Assembly (NCBI GenBank): GCA_965263355.1
Contig: CBDHHL010000035.1
Span: 1 to 64,000, forward strand
Direction of reading: 5' to 3'
Source: Leptolyngbyaceae cyanobacterium
Lineage (GTDB): Bacteria; Cyanobacteriota; Cyanobacteriia; Phormidesmidales; Phormidesmidaceae
DNA length: 64,000 nt
Shown: piece by piece, positions 38,754 to 49,559 of the stretch
Layout of the letters: every line of letters starts with the position of its first letter
Numbering within the stretch: position 1 is the stretch's first letter
The notes under the pieces: generated by a model
The model's input: only the letters and a program-made list of their open reading frames with translations
Databases searched by the model: none
Told to the model about the DNA's origin: nothing
Made by a program: the position numbers and the translations under genes

Positions 38754-41699
38754 ATGACAACCACAGCGCTCGCCCCAAAACGAAGAACTGACAACCGCCC
38801 TTGCGAAGGCAGCTGGAGTGGAACATTGGGTAGCTGCGTGAGATCGAAGGCTCGCAAAAAAGGCCCCAATCTACGGGACGAAGCAACCCGAAAAAAGGCA
38901 ATCGTCGACTTTATTGATAGTCATTGGGACGAGACGACCGCCCGTGAATGGATTCAGGATACTAACGAAGGCAGGGGAAAGCCTAAAACCATCCTAAAAT
39001 GGCTAGACGAAGACTTTCAGGCAACAAAAGAACTAGAGGATTTAGTCAAGAAAGATCCAAGCATGGCTGAAAGTGCTATGGGCGCTGATATAGCAGAAAT
39101 CCAGCAAGAGATTAAAGACAGAAAAGAAAACATCGAATTATATAGAAAATACATCAAGTTAGCGCCTCACCTAACTGATGATGACATCGACGAATTCGCT
39201 TACAAAGCTGAGGATGAAGACGAAAAATACAGAAAAAAGCCTCGCACTGATGATGCTACTCCTGTCAAGCGCATTTTGAAATGGCAAGGCTTTGAGATTG
39301 GGATACAGTACCTGCCCTTTGAGAAACGTCATGGCCGTGTTTTACCTGCTGCTTATGGTCACTTCCGTCGTACCCGTGGAGCTGATGGGATGGCTGTTGA
39401 TGTGTACGTGGGGACCAACCTGGCTAGCCCTCTGGTGTTCGTAGTGGATCAGGTGATCGATGGGGCATTTGATGAGGAAAAGATGATTATCGGCGTTAAT
39501 GATGCAGCTGAAGCACGCATGATTTATGGACAGGCCATGCCTAAAGAGTTTTTTGGTGGGATGCGTGAAATCCCATTGGCTGAGCTAGAAGAATATCGAG
39601 TGCCCATGCTGACTAAATCTGACGCTAAACCCCGACGACGCAAGAAAGGCTGTAACGATGACTGTGAGTGCGAACCATGCCAAAAGGCTAGGAAGGATGC
39701 GTTGGATGCGATGTTAAAGGATCACATAGATGTGTTGACAATGAAACTAGACGCCAAAACCGGCACGCCCTGCAATAACCAACGGGGGTGGGTAGGGACT
39801 AAGCCAGGGTGTAAGCGCGCTAAGCCTGGGACAGCCACCAGGGTGCGCAGAATTGAGCGTAAACGGATGGGCAAGAACCCCGAGCCTCCGAAAGCTCGTA
39901 CCATCACTGCTGCCGAGAAAGCAGAGCGCAGGGGACAGCTAAGCCTATTCCCAGCCGACAAGCCTCAGCCAGTACGCAGCCAGAAGAAAAAGGCACCGAG
40001 AGGGAAAGACCTGGCATTTGAATCGGCCTACAAAAAAATACCCAAGTCAGAGGAAGGCGGGGAATCATTGGACCCGAACGCGCCTCAATCATTTGGGGAC
40101 TGGGTGGCAGAGGGTAAAAATGCTCAGCATGAACGGATAAGAAATAACCCTGATGACCGCAGTAAGTGGTATCGAAACGCTGACGATTTCTTTATCTCAG
40201 AACTAAAAGGTTACGACACCAATAAAAACGGGAAAGTCACCAAGGTAGAGATTTTTGGTTTAAAGCCGATGCCTCTGAAGTCGGCATACCGGTTGGCCAC
40301 AGAAAAGTACAACCAAAAGTACGGCAGCTCCCAGAAGAACGCAGCTAAGCGGATGAGCCAGGGTGGAGCCACGCTGAAGATAAAAGAACCTCCTGCAGAA
40401 ATAATCGAAGCTGCCAAAAAGAAAGCTGCTGCGGGGGAACGCAAAAACCTAACCAACGAATTCAACCAAAAGATTAAGGCGGTTCGCGCTATCGAAGACC
40501 CCGACGAGCGAGCCCGTCAAGCTCGTGAGTTAGCCATGGAGGCAGAAAAACTAGAGTCTCGCTGGGGTCGCGACCAGGGGTTAAGCAGCATCCGCAAAAA
40601 GGCCGCTAACTTATCCCGTGAGATGTTCCGGCGCACCGAAGCCCCACAGCCTAAGCGGGCCAATACGCCTGTTCGGCTAAGCAAAAAACAGGGCGAATCA
40701 ACTCTATTCCGTGGGCCTAATGGCAGCTACTTTAGTATCGACTCTCGTGAATGGGACGCAGCGGTCGACGCACTAGCTAAGGTTGATGCGAAGAAAGCCG
40801 GGACACCTTGTAATGCCCAGAGGGGCTGGGTGGGGATGAAAAAGCCCGAGGGGAAAGGCTGTAAACGAGCAAAAAAAGGCACTGCAAAACGGGTAAAAGA
40901 AGTTAGGGGGAAGCGTACAAGCAAGAAAAATGCTCAGCCAAAGAAGATCGCTCAGCCGACCGACGTATTGACTCCAGAAATTAAAAAGCGACTTCTTGCG
41001 CACAAAAACAGGCCAATGGTGTCGCTAGAAGATATTTCAGCGAAAAGGAAAGAAGGTGAATCTATCGCCGCTGAAGTCAGAAGTGCGCTAAAAGGGAAAG
41101 CCGACCCTGGGCTTTGGCTAAAGAATGGGTTATTTGAAATTGCAGACATAAAAGACTTTGGAGTTAAAGACGAAGATATTAGCTCAACTGAGTCCGTCGA
41201 TAAGTTCTACAAAAATCTTGCTCGACAGATCCATCCAGACAGGGGTGGGAGTGATGAGCAAATGGCTAACTTGAATGACCTAAGGCGTCAGCTGAAGTCT
41301 ATTTCCAGACTCAGCTCCGAGACTAAGAAGCCACAGCCAAAACGGAAAGCTAAGGCCAAGAAAAAACGCAGTGATGCACAAGGCACCCTTATCTCAACCC
41401 TCCCTCGCCGCAATGGCAAGGTGAAATATCGTGGCCAGTGGTGGACGATTGATAAGGACGTTCCTGCTACTCAGAAGGGCAAAAAGCGTCAGGTTCTTGC
41501 CAAGAAAGGGGATCGGGTGATGCTCGTAGCCTTTGGGGATGACAGTTATCGACATAATTACAGCCCTGAAGCCAAAGCAAATTACCTGACCCGATCTGCA
41601 GGCATCCGAGATAAGGATGGAAACCTGACCAAGAATGACCCATGGAGTCCTAATTATTGGTCTCGTAAAGTGTTATGGCCTAAGGGGGACGCTGCATGA
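38754..41699 (+). CDS. Polyvalent virion-region protein: pyrophosphatase-like, J-domain-like and C-terminal conserved domains
   Basis: YGHFRRT.GADG.AVDVYVG...FDEEK..IG; YKNLARQIHPDRGGS.EQMA.LN; V.FGD...Y..RSAGI.......NDP.SPNYWSR..LW. Confidence 0.7.
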   Translation: MTTTALAPKRRTDNRPCEGSWSGTLGSCVRSKARKKGPNLRDEATRKKAIVDFIDSHWDETTAREWIQDTNEGRGKPKTILKWLDEDFQATKELEDLVKKDPSMAESAMGADIAEIQQEIKDRKENIELYRKYIKLAPHLTDDDIDEFAYKAEDEDEKYRKKPRTDDATPVKRILKWQGFEIGIQYLPFEKRHGRVLPAAYGHFRRTRGADGMAVDVYVGTNLASPLVFVVDQVIDGAFDEEKMIIGVNDAAEARMIYGQAMPKEFFGGMREIPLAELEEYRVPMLTKSDAKPRRRKKGCNDDCECEPCQKARKDALDAMLKDHIDVLTMKLDAKTGTPCNNQRGWVGTKPGCKRAKPGTATRVRRIERKRMGKNPEPPKARTITAAEKAERRGQLSLFPADKPQPVRSQKKKAPRGKDLAFESAYKKIPKSEEGGESLDPNAPQSFGDWVAEGKNAQHERIRNNPDDRSKWYRNADDFFISELKGYDTNKNGKVTKVEIFGLKPMPLKSAYRLATEKYNQKYGSSQKNAAKRMSQGGATLKIKEPPAEIIEAAKKKAAAGERKNLTNEFNQKIKAVRAIEDPDERARQARELAMEAEKLESRWGRDQGLSSIRKKAANLSREMFRRTEAPQPKRANTPVRLSKKQGESTLFRGPNGSYFSIDSREWDAAVDALAKVDAKKAGTPCNAQRGWVGMKKPEGKGCKRAKKGTAKRVKEVRGKRTSKKNAQPKKIAQPTDVLTPEIKKRLLAHKNRPMVSLEDISAKRKEGESIAAEVRSALKGKADPGLWLKNGLFEIADIKDFGVKDEDISSTESVDKFYKNLARQIHPDRGGSDEQMANLNDLRRQLKSISRLSSETKKPQPKRKAKAKKKRSDAQGTLISTLPRRNGKVKYRGQWWTIDKDVPATQKGKKRQVLAKKGDRVMLVAFGDDSYRHNYSPEAKANYLTRSAGIRDKDGNLTKNDPWSPNYWSRKVLWPKGDAA

Positions 41700-42118
41700 A
41701 CTTCCAGCATCTAACCGGCCCCTACTTCGACAGCATTTGCCAATCTGCTGGGCTGCGCAATACTCGACTGAGAACAGTCCAGGGACAAGAGGTTAGGCCA
41801 TCGCCACTGCTCAGTCACTTAGGGCAAGTAGGGAGCACTGATATTGGGTTCCAGCTAGAAGATACGGAATTGCTGGATACATGGGAGTCGTCAATCCCTC
41901 AGCAAACTCTAAGAAAATGCCTGGGTTCCAACTGGCAAACGAAGATCGGCCCTGATCAGCTATGGCAAATCAATGACGGGAATGGTTGGAGGTTATATCG
42001 AACCTTTGGGCAGCCCCAATACAGTAACGCAGACGCTGGAGACCGAGTAAAATTAGTTTTTAAGGCTGATGTGAACAAGGACAACACCCTAGGCTTTGAA
42101 GCCCCATACGTACCATAA
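41696..42118 (+). CDS. Putative head-closure/neck protein
   Basis: Size and position only. Confidence 0.35.
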   Translation: MNFQHLTGPYFDSICQSAGLRNTRLRTVQGQEVRPSPLLSHLGQVGSTDIGFQLEDTELLDTWESSIPQQTLRKCLGSNWQTKIGPDQLWQINDGNGWRLYRTFGQPQYSNADAGDRVKLVFKADVNKDNTLGFEAPYVP

Positions 42119-42124
42119 CTAATC

Positions 42125-43060
42125 ATGCTTTTAACTGAAACCGACCAGCCATATATCGACTACCTAGCCGAGGTTTATATAGAGCATCAGGATGCTACTC
42201 CTTGCAATGCTGATCGAGGGTGGGTAGGGACCACCAAGAAAAGCGGTGGTCGTGGATGCAAACGCAAAAAGGGGACGGCTGCTAGAGTCGCTAGAGTCAA
42301 AGCAAAGCGAGCAGCTAAGTCCAAAAACAAAGCGGTTAGCCCCGACGACCGAGTGGCAAGGGCAAAGCTCAAAAAGAACGTCAAATTGTCTCCACGCGAA
42401 CAAGTTGACAAAGCTGTCATAAATTCTTTTGAAGCAACAAAAGGGAAATCCAAAAAAGATTTAACTGTAAAATTCTTGGCAGACCAAGTTGAATCAGGTG
42501 GCTTCGCTAAAGAAGCCGGGAGTCGGTCCAATCAATTTAGTGCAGCGATGGGGTTGGCACGCGTTGCCGGGAATCAACAGGAGTTACTGGATGAGCTAGA
42601 CAAGAGGGGGAAAGCCCGAGTCAAGAAAAAACCACAGAAGCTATCTCAGCGTGAAATCATAAAGCGAGCAAATTCAGGAGAGTATTTATCTAATGGGCAG
42701 CCTGAAGGGAGCAACACATTAAAAGACAGGGTTGGGAATGCTTCCAAATACAGTAAAGGTAAGCCAATCAAGACACAGGAGCAATTTAGCTCAGTAGCAA
42801 AGAGCGCTATATCCGATTTAGCAAAACACAGTGGGAGTGACCTTGTAGAAATTGCGGCGCTTAGAGAATCGATAGGAAATCGCGTAAGCGAAAGTGATTT
42901 CACAAAGTTCATGAGAGGCATCCATTCTAGCGGCAGTCATCGACTAGTTGGGGGAGCTGCAGAGCCTTCTAGCCGATACTCCAGAAACCAATTGATATCT
43001 AAAGGAGTTGAATCTACGCTAGGCGGACAGCGGTTTTATATAAAAGAAGAAACTCTCTAG
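42125..43060 (+). CDS. Basic protein sharing the DA-TPCN-RGWVG-GCKR motif with ORF 38754
   Basis: HQDATPCNADRGWVGTTKKSGGRGCKRKKG. Confidence 0.65.
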   Translation: MLLTETDQPYIDYLAEVYIEHQDATPCNADRGWVGTTKKSGGRGCKRKKGTAARVARVKAKRAAKSKNKAVSPDDRVARAKLKKNVKLSPREQVDKAVINSFEATKGKSKKDLTVKFLADQVESGGFAKEAGSRSNQFSAAMGLARVAGNQQELLDELDKRGKARVKKKPQKLSQREIIKRANSGEYLSNGQPEGSNTLKDRVGNASKYSKGKPIKTQEQFSSVAKSAISDLAKHSGSDLVEIAALRESIGNRVSESDFTKFMRGIHSSGSHRLVGGAAEPSSRYSRNQLISKGVESTLGGQRFYIKEETL

Positions 43061-43069
43061 CCCCGTACC

Positions 43070-43507
43070 ATGATCACCAACCTCAATTCCACCATCTCAG
43101 ACCTCCGCACCATCGCCACCGATGCCTGGATCACTCAGGCTTTGCAGGATGCCTTGCCCGACATCAGCGACGCCTCAGCTGTGCGTTACGATGCCATCAG
43201 TCGCACCACAGAGTACAGCGCCAACTATAGCGGCAGACTGAAGCCCTCAGGGCAGAGTAGAGCAGGCGTAGGAAGTGACCCTGGCTATGCTCTGGATACA
43301 GGCAGGATGGTAGCCGATTTAGTTGAGCCAGCGATAGACGGCAAAAGTCTAACCATTGGTAGCGACCAGGCGTATGCAAGCTACCAAGAGACGTTATTGG
43401 CTAGAAAGTTTGAGTCTGGAGAATCACAATATCCTAGCTTTTTTGACGATGAGGGTTATGCCGACGTCGTTGAACTTGCTATATTTTCGTTGTTTGAGGA
43501 GTTTTAG
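43070..43507 (+). CDS. Neck/tail-completion (virion morphogenesis) protein
   Basis: LDTGRM...L.IGSD..YA.YQ motif. Confidence 0.55.
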   Translation: MITNLNSTISDLRTIATDAWITQALQDALPDISDASAVRYDAISRTTEYSANYSGRLKPSGQSRAGVGSDPGYALDTGRMVADLVEPAIDGKSLTIGSDQAYASYQETLLARKFESGESQYPSFFDDEGYADVVELAIFSLFEEF

Positions 43508-43840
43508 CTATCTATCGACCAGGGAACTCAGGGAGATCGCAACACAGCACGCATTCTTCCCCCGATCTTGTCTCGGCCACTATCTTGAAACAGCGCTCAA
43601 GATAGGCCGACTCTTTGATGACAGCGCCAGACATTCGTCTCAGTATTTTCAGCTGATCATCAGAAAGGTTGGCTGCTGGGACGAACAATTCCAACCCGCC
43701 AGTGGCTACTATCAAAAGATTGCCACTCAGGTAATACCACTCATGTACAACATGAGGATAGCCCGACTCTTGTATCATCCTTGCCATGTTTTCTTGACCT
43801 ATGAAATTGCTATATTTTCGTTGCTTAAGAAGATCTGGTT

Positions 43841-44284
43841 CTAAACCCCACCCTCAACCTCACTAGTGTTGGTGCCTGGTGGCAGCCTAAACTCTACCTC
43901 AACTCTGCGCTGCCCTCGCTCGCGCCTAACCGTGCCAACGCTCCATGTACGGCCATCTTGATGCACTACGTAGGGGTTGACTACTGCCCCTTCCTCTGCT
44001 GCCCTGGTGAACGTAACTCGCCCAACTGCTTTGCCATCCTGGGCGATGCGGACGACCTGGAATGATGCGATAGGCTGGGTTGATGGGGGCTCTGCTTCCC
44101 TGGCTGGGGGCTTACTGCCACTTGCTGCGATAGTTGGCTGTGGTTCGCTGATGCTGCATATGCTTTCCAGGTTAATTAGTTCCCCCTGGTCTGTGATCAT
44201 GTAGCAGAAAGGGTTAGCGATCGCAGGGGTGCCAACGCCAAGGGCTAAAGCAACAGGCAAAAAATATTTAATCATATGAGGCAC
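43841..44284 (-). CDS. Secreted cyanobacterial-type protein (moron)
   Basis: Signal peptide plus CYM....G..INL..IC motif. Confidence 0.6.
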   Translation of the reverse strand: MPHMIKYFLPVALALGVGTPAIANPFCYMITDQGELINLESICSISEPQPTIAASGSKPPAREAEPPSTQPIASFQVVRIAQDGKAVGRVTFTRAAEEGAVVNPYVVHQDGRTWSVGTVRRERGQRRVEVEFRLPPGTNTSEVEGGV

Positions 44285-44524
44285 CTCATAAGAACACTAT
44301 AGCTATACTTCAGTGCCCTCAGCCTACACTCAGGACTACCGTCCGCTACCTCGATGACGCAGTTTCATAGATTCACCTTGATTCAGCCCTACTCTATACA
44401 GGGCTTAAAGCAAGACTCAGCAGGCTTTATAGAAGCTTCGCGTGCGCATGAAGAGAGTATGAGTAGTCAGCTATAGCTTTTTGTGGCAATGAGTATCATT
44501 AGGTAGCAATCACAGAGACCCACC

Positions 44525-44959
44525 ATGGCCACTATTTCTGAAATCTTGACGGGTGACGACGGCTTGATCACGTATTTGGACAATGCCCCTGAGATTGTGG
44601 GGATTTACCGTCGACTGCAAGTAAGGCCATGGAATTTCGATAGTAACAGCACTACTCAGTCAACTGGTTTCAGGCTGCGTGACTTTAAGTCTGACAACAC
44701 TAGTAATCAAGCCATGATGACGCGAACTGTGGCGTTAGGCAGAGTGTTCGAGATGACTAGCAATATCAATGCCACATTGGAAGCAGGAGCCTACCTAGAA
44801 GAGCTGTGCAAGCTCCTACATAAGGCTGCTGAATGCGTTGTTCATGTAAGCGAGATAGACCAAGTTTCGGGCAGCACTTTTGCCAAGCAAAACACCTCTA
44901 ACCACAAATGGTATATGGTGATTTTTGTTCAGTTTGACTTAACATACTGGTATTCTTGA
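44525..44959 (+). CDS. Putative tail terminator
   Basis: Size and position before the tail tube. Confidence 0.4.
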   Translation: MATISEILTGDDGLITYLDNAPEIVGIYRRLQVRPWNFDSNSTTQSTGFRLRDFKSDNTSNQAMMTRTVALGRVFEMTSNINATLEAGAYLEELCKLLHKAAECVVHVSEIDQVSGSTFAKQNTSNHKWYMVIFVQFDLTYWYS

Positions 44960-44972
44960 CGATTCAGGACTC

Positions 44973-45290
44973 ATGAAACTAACTACTACCGCATCAACAT
45001 CGACTGAAGTTACGATTGACATTCAAGAAAAGTACTCCATTCAAAATGGGATGCCTTGCATTGACTTTGTTGTCAGCGGGCACCTGGTCGCTCGGCAAGA
45101 AATTCATCAACAACCTGTTGGGCAGGCATTCAGAATTATTAACAAGCTTTACACCTTGCCAGAACCCATTCCTTACACTGATGCCACTGCCATGGACGTG
45201 TCTGGCATTAACCCTGATGTGTCTGCATTCCAAGGTTTTGTTGGAGCTGTCGTACCCACGGCCCCAAAGAAAAACAACAAACCTGCGTAA
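44973..45290 (+). CDS. Hypothetical protein
   Basis: ORF in structural operon. Confidence 0.55.
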   Translation: MKLTTTASTSTEVTIDIQEKYSIQNGMPCIDFVVSGHLVARQEIHQQPVGQAFRIINKLYTLPEPIPYTDATAMDVSGINPDVSAFQGFVGAVVPTAPKKNNKPA

Positions 45291-45369
45291 TGTCGGAATC
45301 CCCGACATTTATTGATATTTACAGCATGGCTAGCCTAGCGTAGAGGCGTCCTGACCCGTCTTTACGCAC

Positions 45370-46164
45370 ATGGCTCTTGTAAAATCTTTAACCGATAAGG
45401 CCCGTAAGTCGGTAGCCACGGTTGCAATTAAACAGAATTCAACCGGCAACATTCTGATGACCCCAATCGCAGCAACAGGGACATTGGATACCGGCATCAA
45501 TATTGCAGAATTGTCAGAATCCAACTGCCGAGGTGAGCAAGTTCGAGCAGCCATCTTTAAGTCAGAAGAGAAGCCAAAACTACAGCTAGAGTACGGCATT
45601 ATCACCCCCTTAATGAATTCGTTGAAGCTTGACCGAACAATGGGTGTTGTTACCGGGGGAAACACAGAGTATTACAAAGTGAAATTTCGGCTCCCTGCTG
45701 TTGGGAACTCATTACCTGCAAACTCTGCTGGAGTGTTTGGTAATGGACTAGCTGGGGGGGATGTTAGCACAACAGTTGGCGTTTCTGCATTTGGCAAGAA
45801 TGAATACGGACTAAGTGAGGCTGTCACCATCGCAGCTACAGCAGCCCCCACTGACACAACCACTATTGCCATTGGTGCAGATGGGGCGCTAACGTTCTCC
45901 GATGACCTTCAGAACGCCGACATCAACTTACTGATCCCTTACACAGGTGTTGATTTCGCTGAAACTGGTGCTGTTGGCTACGGTGAATTGTCCGCACGAG
46001 TTAAGGTGATCAACCTTGATTTAACCGTAACTGAATGGGTGTTCCCAAAAGTGCAAGTTGATCCATCGGGGTCTATTCCGTTTGGTGGAGACAGCCAAAC
46101 ATTTGAATTCTTTGTTAATGGCGACTATACCTATCGCTCATATGCGCTAACTAACGATTGTTAA
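45370..46164 (+). CDS. Putative major tail tube protein
   Basis: Beta-rich 264 aa; EWVFPKVQV.PSGSIPF C-terminus. Confidence 0.55.
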   Translation: MALVKSLTDKARKSVATVAIKQNSTGNILMTPIAATGTLDTGINIAELSESNCRGEQVRAAIFKSEEKPKLQLEYGIITPLMNSLKLDRTMGVVTGGNTEYYKVKFRLPAVGNSLPANSAGVFGNGLAGGDVSTTVGVSAFGKNEYGLSEAVTIAATAAPTDTTTIAIGADGALTFSDDLQNADINLLIPYTGVDFAETGAVGYGELSARVKVINLDLTVTEWVFPKVQVDPSGSIPFGGDSQTFEFFVNGDYTYRSYALTNDC

Positions 46165-46823
46165 TCACTATTGCTGATCAATATTGCTGGCTGGGTAAAG
46201 CCTCAGCCTGTCAAATAGAAATCCTTGACGTTCTACTGAGAGAGCTTGAGGTTAAATGGCTGACCCATGGGCACGATACCAGGGCAATGCTTGAGCAGCC
46301 TTACTCTCAATTGGTGGGTAAGGTTTTGGCGATCATCCCCTCGGAGGCAGGGCTAGAGATCTCTATTGACCTACTCAGGAAAGATCTAATCGCATTTGAA
46401 GAGTTATTTTTTCGCTCAAGATCTGGACAAAGCCTGATAGCTGAGCATCACAAATTCGAACCCAAGCTAAAACGACTTGAAGCAAAACCAGGTGAACCCG
46501 TCACCGCGCAGCATCTTCCTTTCCCAACGTCTGGCAATGCAGCTGACGACCAGCTGGCTGGTCTCTTAACCTCATTTGGGCCAGATACAAGCTTATGGGC
46601 TTGGCATAATTTAAGCCTGGATAGGATTGACAGAGTTCTTTACTCACTTAAAGAACTGAACATTCCTGAGAATGATCGAATCGCAGCCTACGTAGCGCAA
46701 CTTGCCATAGAGAAAGACCCCAGTATTCTTAGTATAGAAGATGCTGAGCGAGCATTTGCTGACATGGAATCGTTTATCAGTACTGGCGAACTAAAGAATG
46801 GCTGGAAAAGTTCTCGGGGTTAA
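46158..46823 (+). CDS. Putative tail assembly chaperone
   Basis: Helical protein directly after the tail tube. Confidence 0.4.
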   Translation: MLITIADQYCWLGKASACQIEILDVLLRELEVKWLTHGHDTRAMLEQPYSQLVGKVLAIIPSEAGLEISIDLLRKDLIAFEELFFRSRSGQSLIAEHHKFEPKLKRLEAKPGEPVTAQHLPFPTSGNAADDQLAGLLTSFGPDTSLWAWHNLSLDRIDRVLYSLKELNIPENDRIAAYVAQLAIEKDPSILSIEDAERAFADMESFISTGELKNGWKSSRG

Positions 46824-47071
46824 ACAAAAAAATCATTGATCGAACAACGCAAAACCTTGGACCAAAGCACAAGTTCTCTTGCATACAGCCCACGATTCCC
46901 AGATTCCACTGCACTCACCTGAGGCCGACTCAGATGAACCGCCCTACCTAATTCCCCCTGGGTGAGCCTTACTCTTTTCCTCAATTGCTCAATTTTTTTA
47001 CCCATTCTCTGATCGATTGAATTATCAGATGTCGGAATACCCGACATTAATTGATGTATAGGGGCTTCCAT
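46820..47071 (-). CDS. XRE-family HTH regulator
   Basis: IEQLRKRVRLTQGELGRAVHLSRPQVSAVESGNR. Confidence 0.85.
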   Translation of the reverse strand: MEAPIHQLMSGIPTSDNSIDQRMGKKIEQLRKRVRLTQGELGRAVHLSRPQVSAVESGNRGLYARELVLWSKVLRCSINDFFV

Positions 47072-47107
47072 GGCTAGGCTAACGGCAGTAACAATCTCTC
47101 AGGAACT

Positions 47108-48652
47108 GTGGCTGTACGGCTAATCGAAGCAATTGCAAATATTGAACAATTTGAGCGGCTAGATAGTGGCACTCTCAAGGTAACCGCGATCGCCCGTACA
47201 CCCGGCATTCTAACCTACTTTGATAGCAACGGTCCTCGACGTGAGTTAGTGACAGCCAACTTCCTTCGCTCTCCTGACCAGTCGGGATTCCCCATCGCAG
47301 GCCAGCTAGCGGACCTTCCCGTCACTCTTGAGCACCCTCCTTCTCTACTCCGTAAGGACGACAGTAAAACCAAGCAATACAGCGTAGGCAAGACTAGCCC
47401 CAAAGTGAAGGTGTATAAGGACGGGCGAATCCAGGTGGAGATGGAGGTTGAGCGAGAAGACGCTATCACGGCCATTGAGTCTGGAGAGAAGCAAGGGGTC
47501 AGCCTTGGATATCTTTGCAATATTTCCCAAAATGCGGGCACCTACAAGGGTGAGCGCTACGATGCTGAACAGTGCGCACCGTTTGAGGCGGATCATCTGG
47601 CTATTGTGGCCAAGCCTCGTGCGAAAGGTGCACTAATACAAAGTTTTGAACGCACCGACGACACAACAGATATAGCGGTTGCGTATTTTGAAGAATTCGA
47701 GCCTAGCTCGGATGTTGTTGACTCTCCCAGGAGCGATTCTATGGGCACCAATACCGCCGCGACTGTGGCGATCAGCGACATTGCAAAACCAGCAATGCCT
47801 GAAACATTCCAAATTGACATCAACGGGAAACCATTTCATGTTGATTCGGCCATGTATGAAGCCTTGAATGCTGAGCGTTCAGACATGGCTGAATACAAGA
47901 AAGACATGGGCAAGAAAAAGCATAAAGGCAAAAAACCTTCTTCTATGAATGACGATTTCATGGGGGATGACGACGAAGATGACAACGAGTATGAAGACGG
48001 TGATTATGCTAAGAAAATGCGCAAGGACGCAGCTGAGCAGATTTCAGCCGTACTGGCCCGTTGCGATGCAGATACATTAACGGACGCTCTCTATAACCTC
48101 AATGTTCTTGTTGGCAGGTTTGACAGCGCAGATACTGTAGCTGATGTCGTCGAGGCTATCGACACTTTGCAAGGCAGAGTGGACGCACTGGACCATGAAG
48201 ACAGCAGCAACGACGACAGTCGTTTTGATGATGGCGATGTCAAGGCACTGCTCGAAAAGCTAGACGCTGCAGACCCAGCATCAGCTTTGCTTGCACTAGA
48301 AGGGAAAGAGTTTATTGTCAGCTACGGTCACTTGCTCCCCCCAGGATACAAATTGGATGGACAGACGCTGCATGAGCTGCAGTTAGAGGCCATCAAGCAT
48401 ACAGAGCCAGGGCTGGAGTTAAAAACAGACTCAGCTAAATCTATCTCTGGTGCATTCAGTGTTGTTGCCCATCGACATAAACGAGTTGATTCATCAACCC
48501 AGCTAGACAAGGCGCTCCATCTGGACATGGGCATGGTCCACAGCAACGCTGGCCCAAATGGGAACCGCCGAACCAACACCAGCATGATCAAAAAGCCGTC
48601 TGAATCTCTTTTCGCTCTATCTAAAGCTGTTCGCCGTTCTGGGAGCAAGTAA
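47108..48652 (+). CDS. DUF2213-family prohead protease/scaffold
   Basis: IARTPGILTY, PVTLEHP, VSLGY.C, DHLAIV.KPRA; acidic scaffold tail. Confidence 0.8.
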   Translation: MAVRLIEAIANIEQFERLDSGTLKVTAIARTPGILTYFDSNGPRRELVTANFLRSPDQSGFPIAGQLADLPVTLEHPPSLLRKDDSKTKQYSVGKTSPKVKVYKDGRIQVEMEVEREDAITAIESGEKQGVSLGYLCNISQNAGTYKGERYDAEQCAPFEADHLAIVAKPRAKGALIQSFERTDDTTDIAVAYFEEFEPSSDVVDSPRSDSMGTNTAATVAISDIAKPAMPETFQIDINGKPFHVDSAMYEALNAERSDMAEYKKDMGKKKHKGKKPSSMNDDFMGDDDEDDNEYEDGDYAKKMRKDAAEQISAVLARCDADTLTDALYNLNVLVGRFDSADTVADVVEAIDTLQGRVDALDHEDSSNDDSRFDDGDVKALLEKLDAADPASALLALEGKEFIVSYGHLLPPGYKLDGQTLHELQLEAIKHTEPGLELKTDSAKSISGAFSVVAHRHKRVDSSTQLDKALHLDMGMVHSNAGPNGNRRTNTSMIKKPSESLFALSKAVRRSGSK

Positions 48653-48655
48653 ACT

Positions 48656-49540
48656 ATGGTTTATTCCGAATACAACGCACTTAATACTCAAAGGTCCGTC
48701 GTTGCCCCTGATCAATACGCACCTGGACAAGCGCTTAATGATCAGCTATCTGTAGCATTCCTCAACGCTGGGACATCTACTCAACAGACGGTATTGATCG
48801 ACAATGGCACGGCCACCGCTAGCACTGACTATGTGTTTAATATCGGCGGCAAGACTATTACGGTCAATTACGTCGTAGCTGATGGCGATCCATTTAATGA
48901 GGTCAACCCTGGCACTGCTATTAGCGATGCAATCTTACAGAACCTAATTGTTAGTAAGCTCCAGCAAAATCAAACAGATTTCACGGTAGCTGCTACCGGA
49001 AGTGACCAAGTTACGCTGACAGCCGTTCCATACAGCGTCAATAAAACAGTCACTGTCTCAGGCGGCGGGGCAGGGTTCGCTGTAACGACCAATACAGCAG
49101 CGAACTCATCTAGCCATATCCCCTTTGGAGTTGTTGTTGTCGACTCTGGGGCTGATGACGATGGAAAACTGGGCGCTCTTCCTTCGGCAACAGGCCAGCG
49201 GGTTCTAGGCGTTAGCCGACGAGGCAATGGTCGTAGCCGATATAGCTATGAAGAAGCACAAGCATTAGGCGTATCCCAAGACGGAGTATTCCCTGGCACT
49301 GATGGTTCTGCTATGAAGCAAGGCTCTATCGTTGCTCGCGCTGAAGCTGCATTTGCAGGGACGGAAGCGACCGTTTATTTCCGTCATACCGCGAATGGTG
49401 CTTTAACTGACCTTGGCTATGTTGCGCCTGCGACTGGTACTGGGTTAGACGCATTATCAACCGCTGTTGCTGTAGATGGACCATCCGTCACACTGCAGGA
49501 TGGCAGCTTAGTTGTTCCACTCACTGTCAATCTGCCTTAA
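48656..49540 (+). CDS. Capsid decoration/cement protein with an inserted Ig-like region
   Basis: IPFGVVVV...LP.....VLGVS...G.I.A; between protease and MCP. Confidence 0.65.
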   Translation: MVYSEYNALNTQRSVVAPDQYAPGQALNDQLSVAFLNAGTSTQQTVLIDNGTATASTDYVFNIGGKTITVNYVVADGDPFNEVNPGTAISDAILQNLIVSKLQQNQTDFTVAATGSDQVTLTAVPYSVNKTVTVSGGGAGFAVTTNTAANSSSHIPFGVVVVDSGADDDGKLGALPSATGQRVLGVSRRGNGRSRYSYEEAQALGVSQDGVFPGTDGSAMKQGSIVARAEAAFAGTEATVYFRHTANGALTDLGYVAPATGTGLDALSTAVAVDGPSVTLQDGSLVVPLTVNLP

Positions 49541-49559
49541 TTCGGAGGTTCTGAAAATC

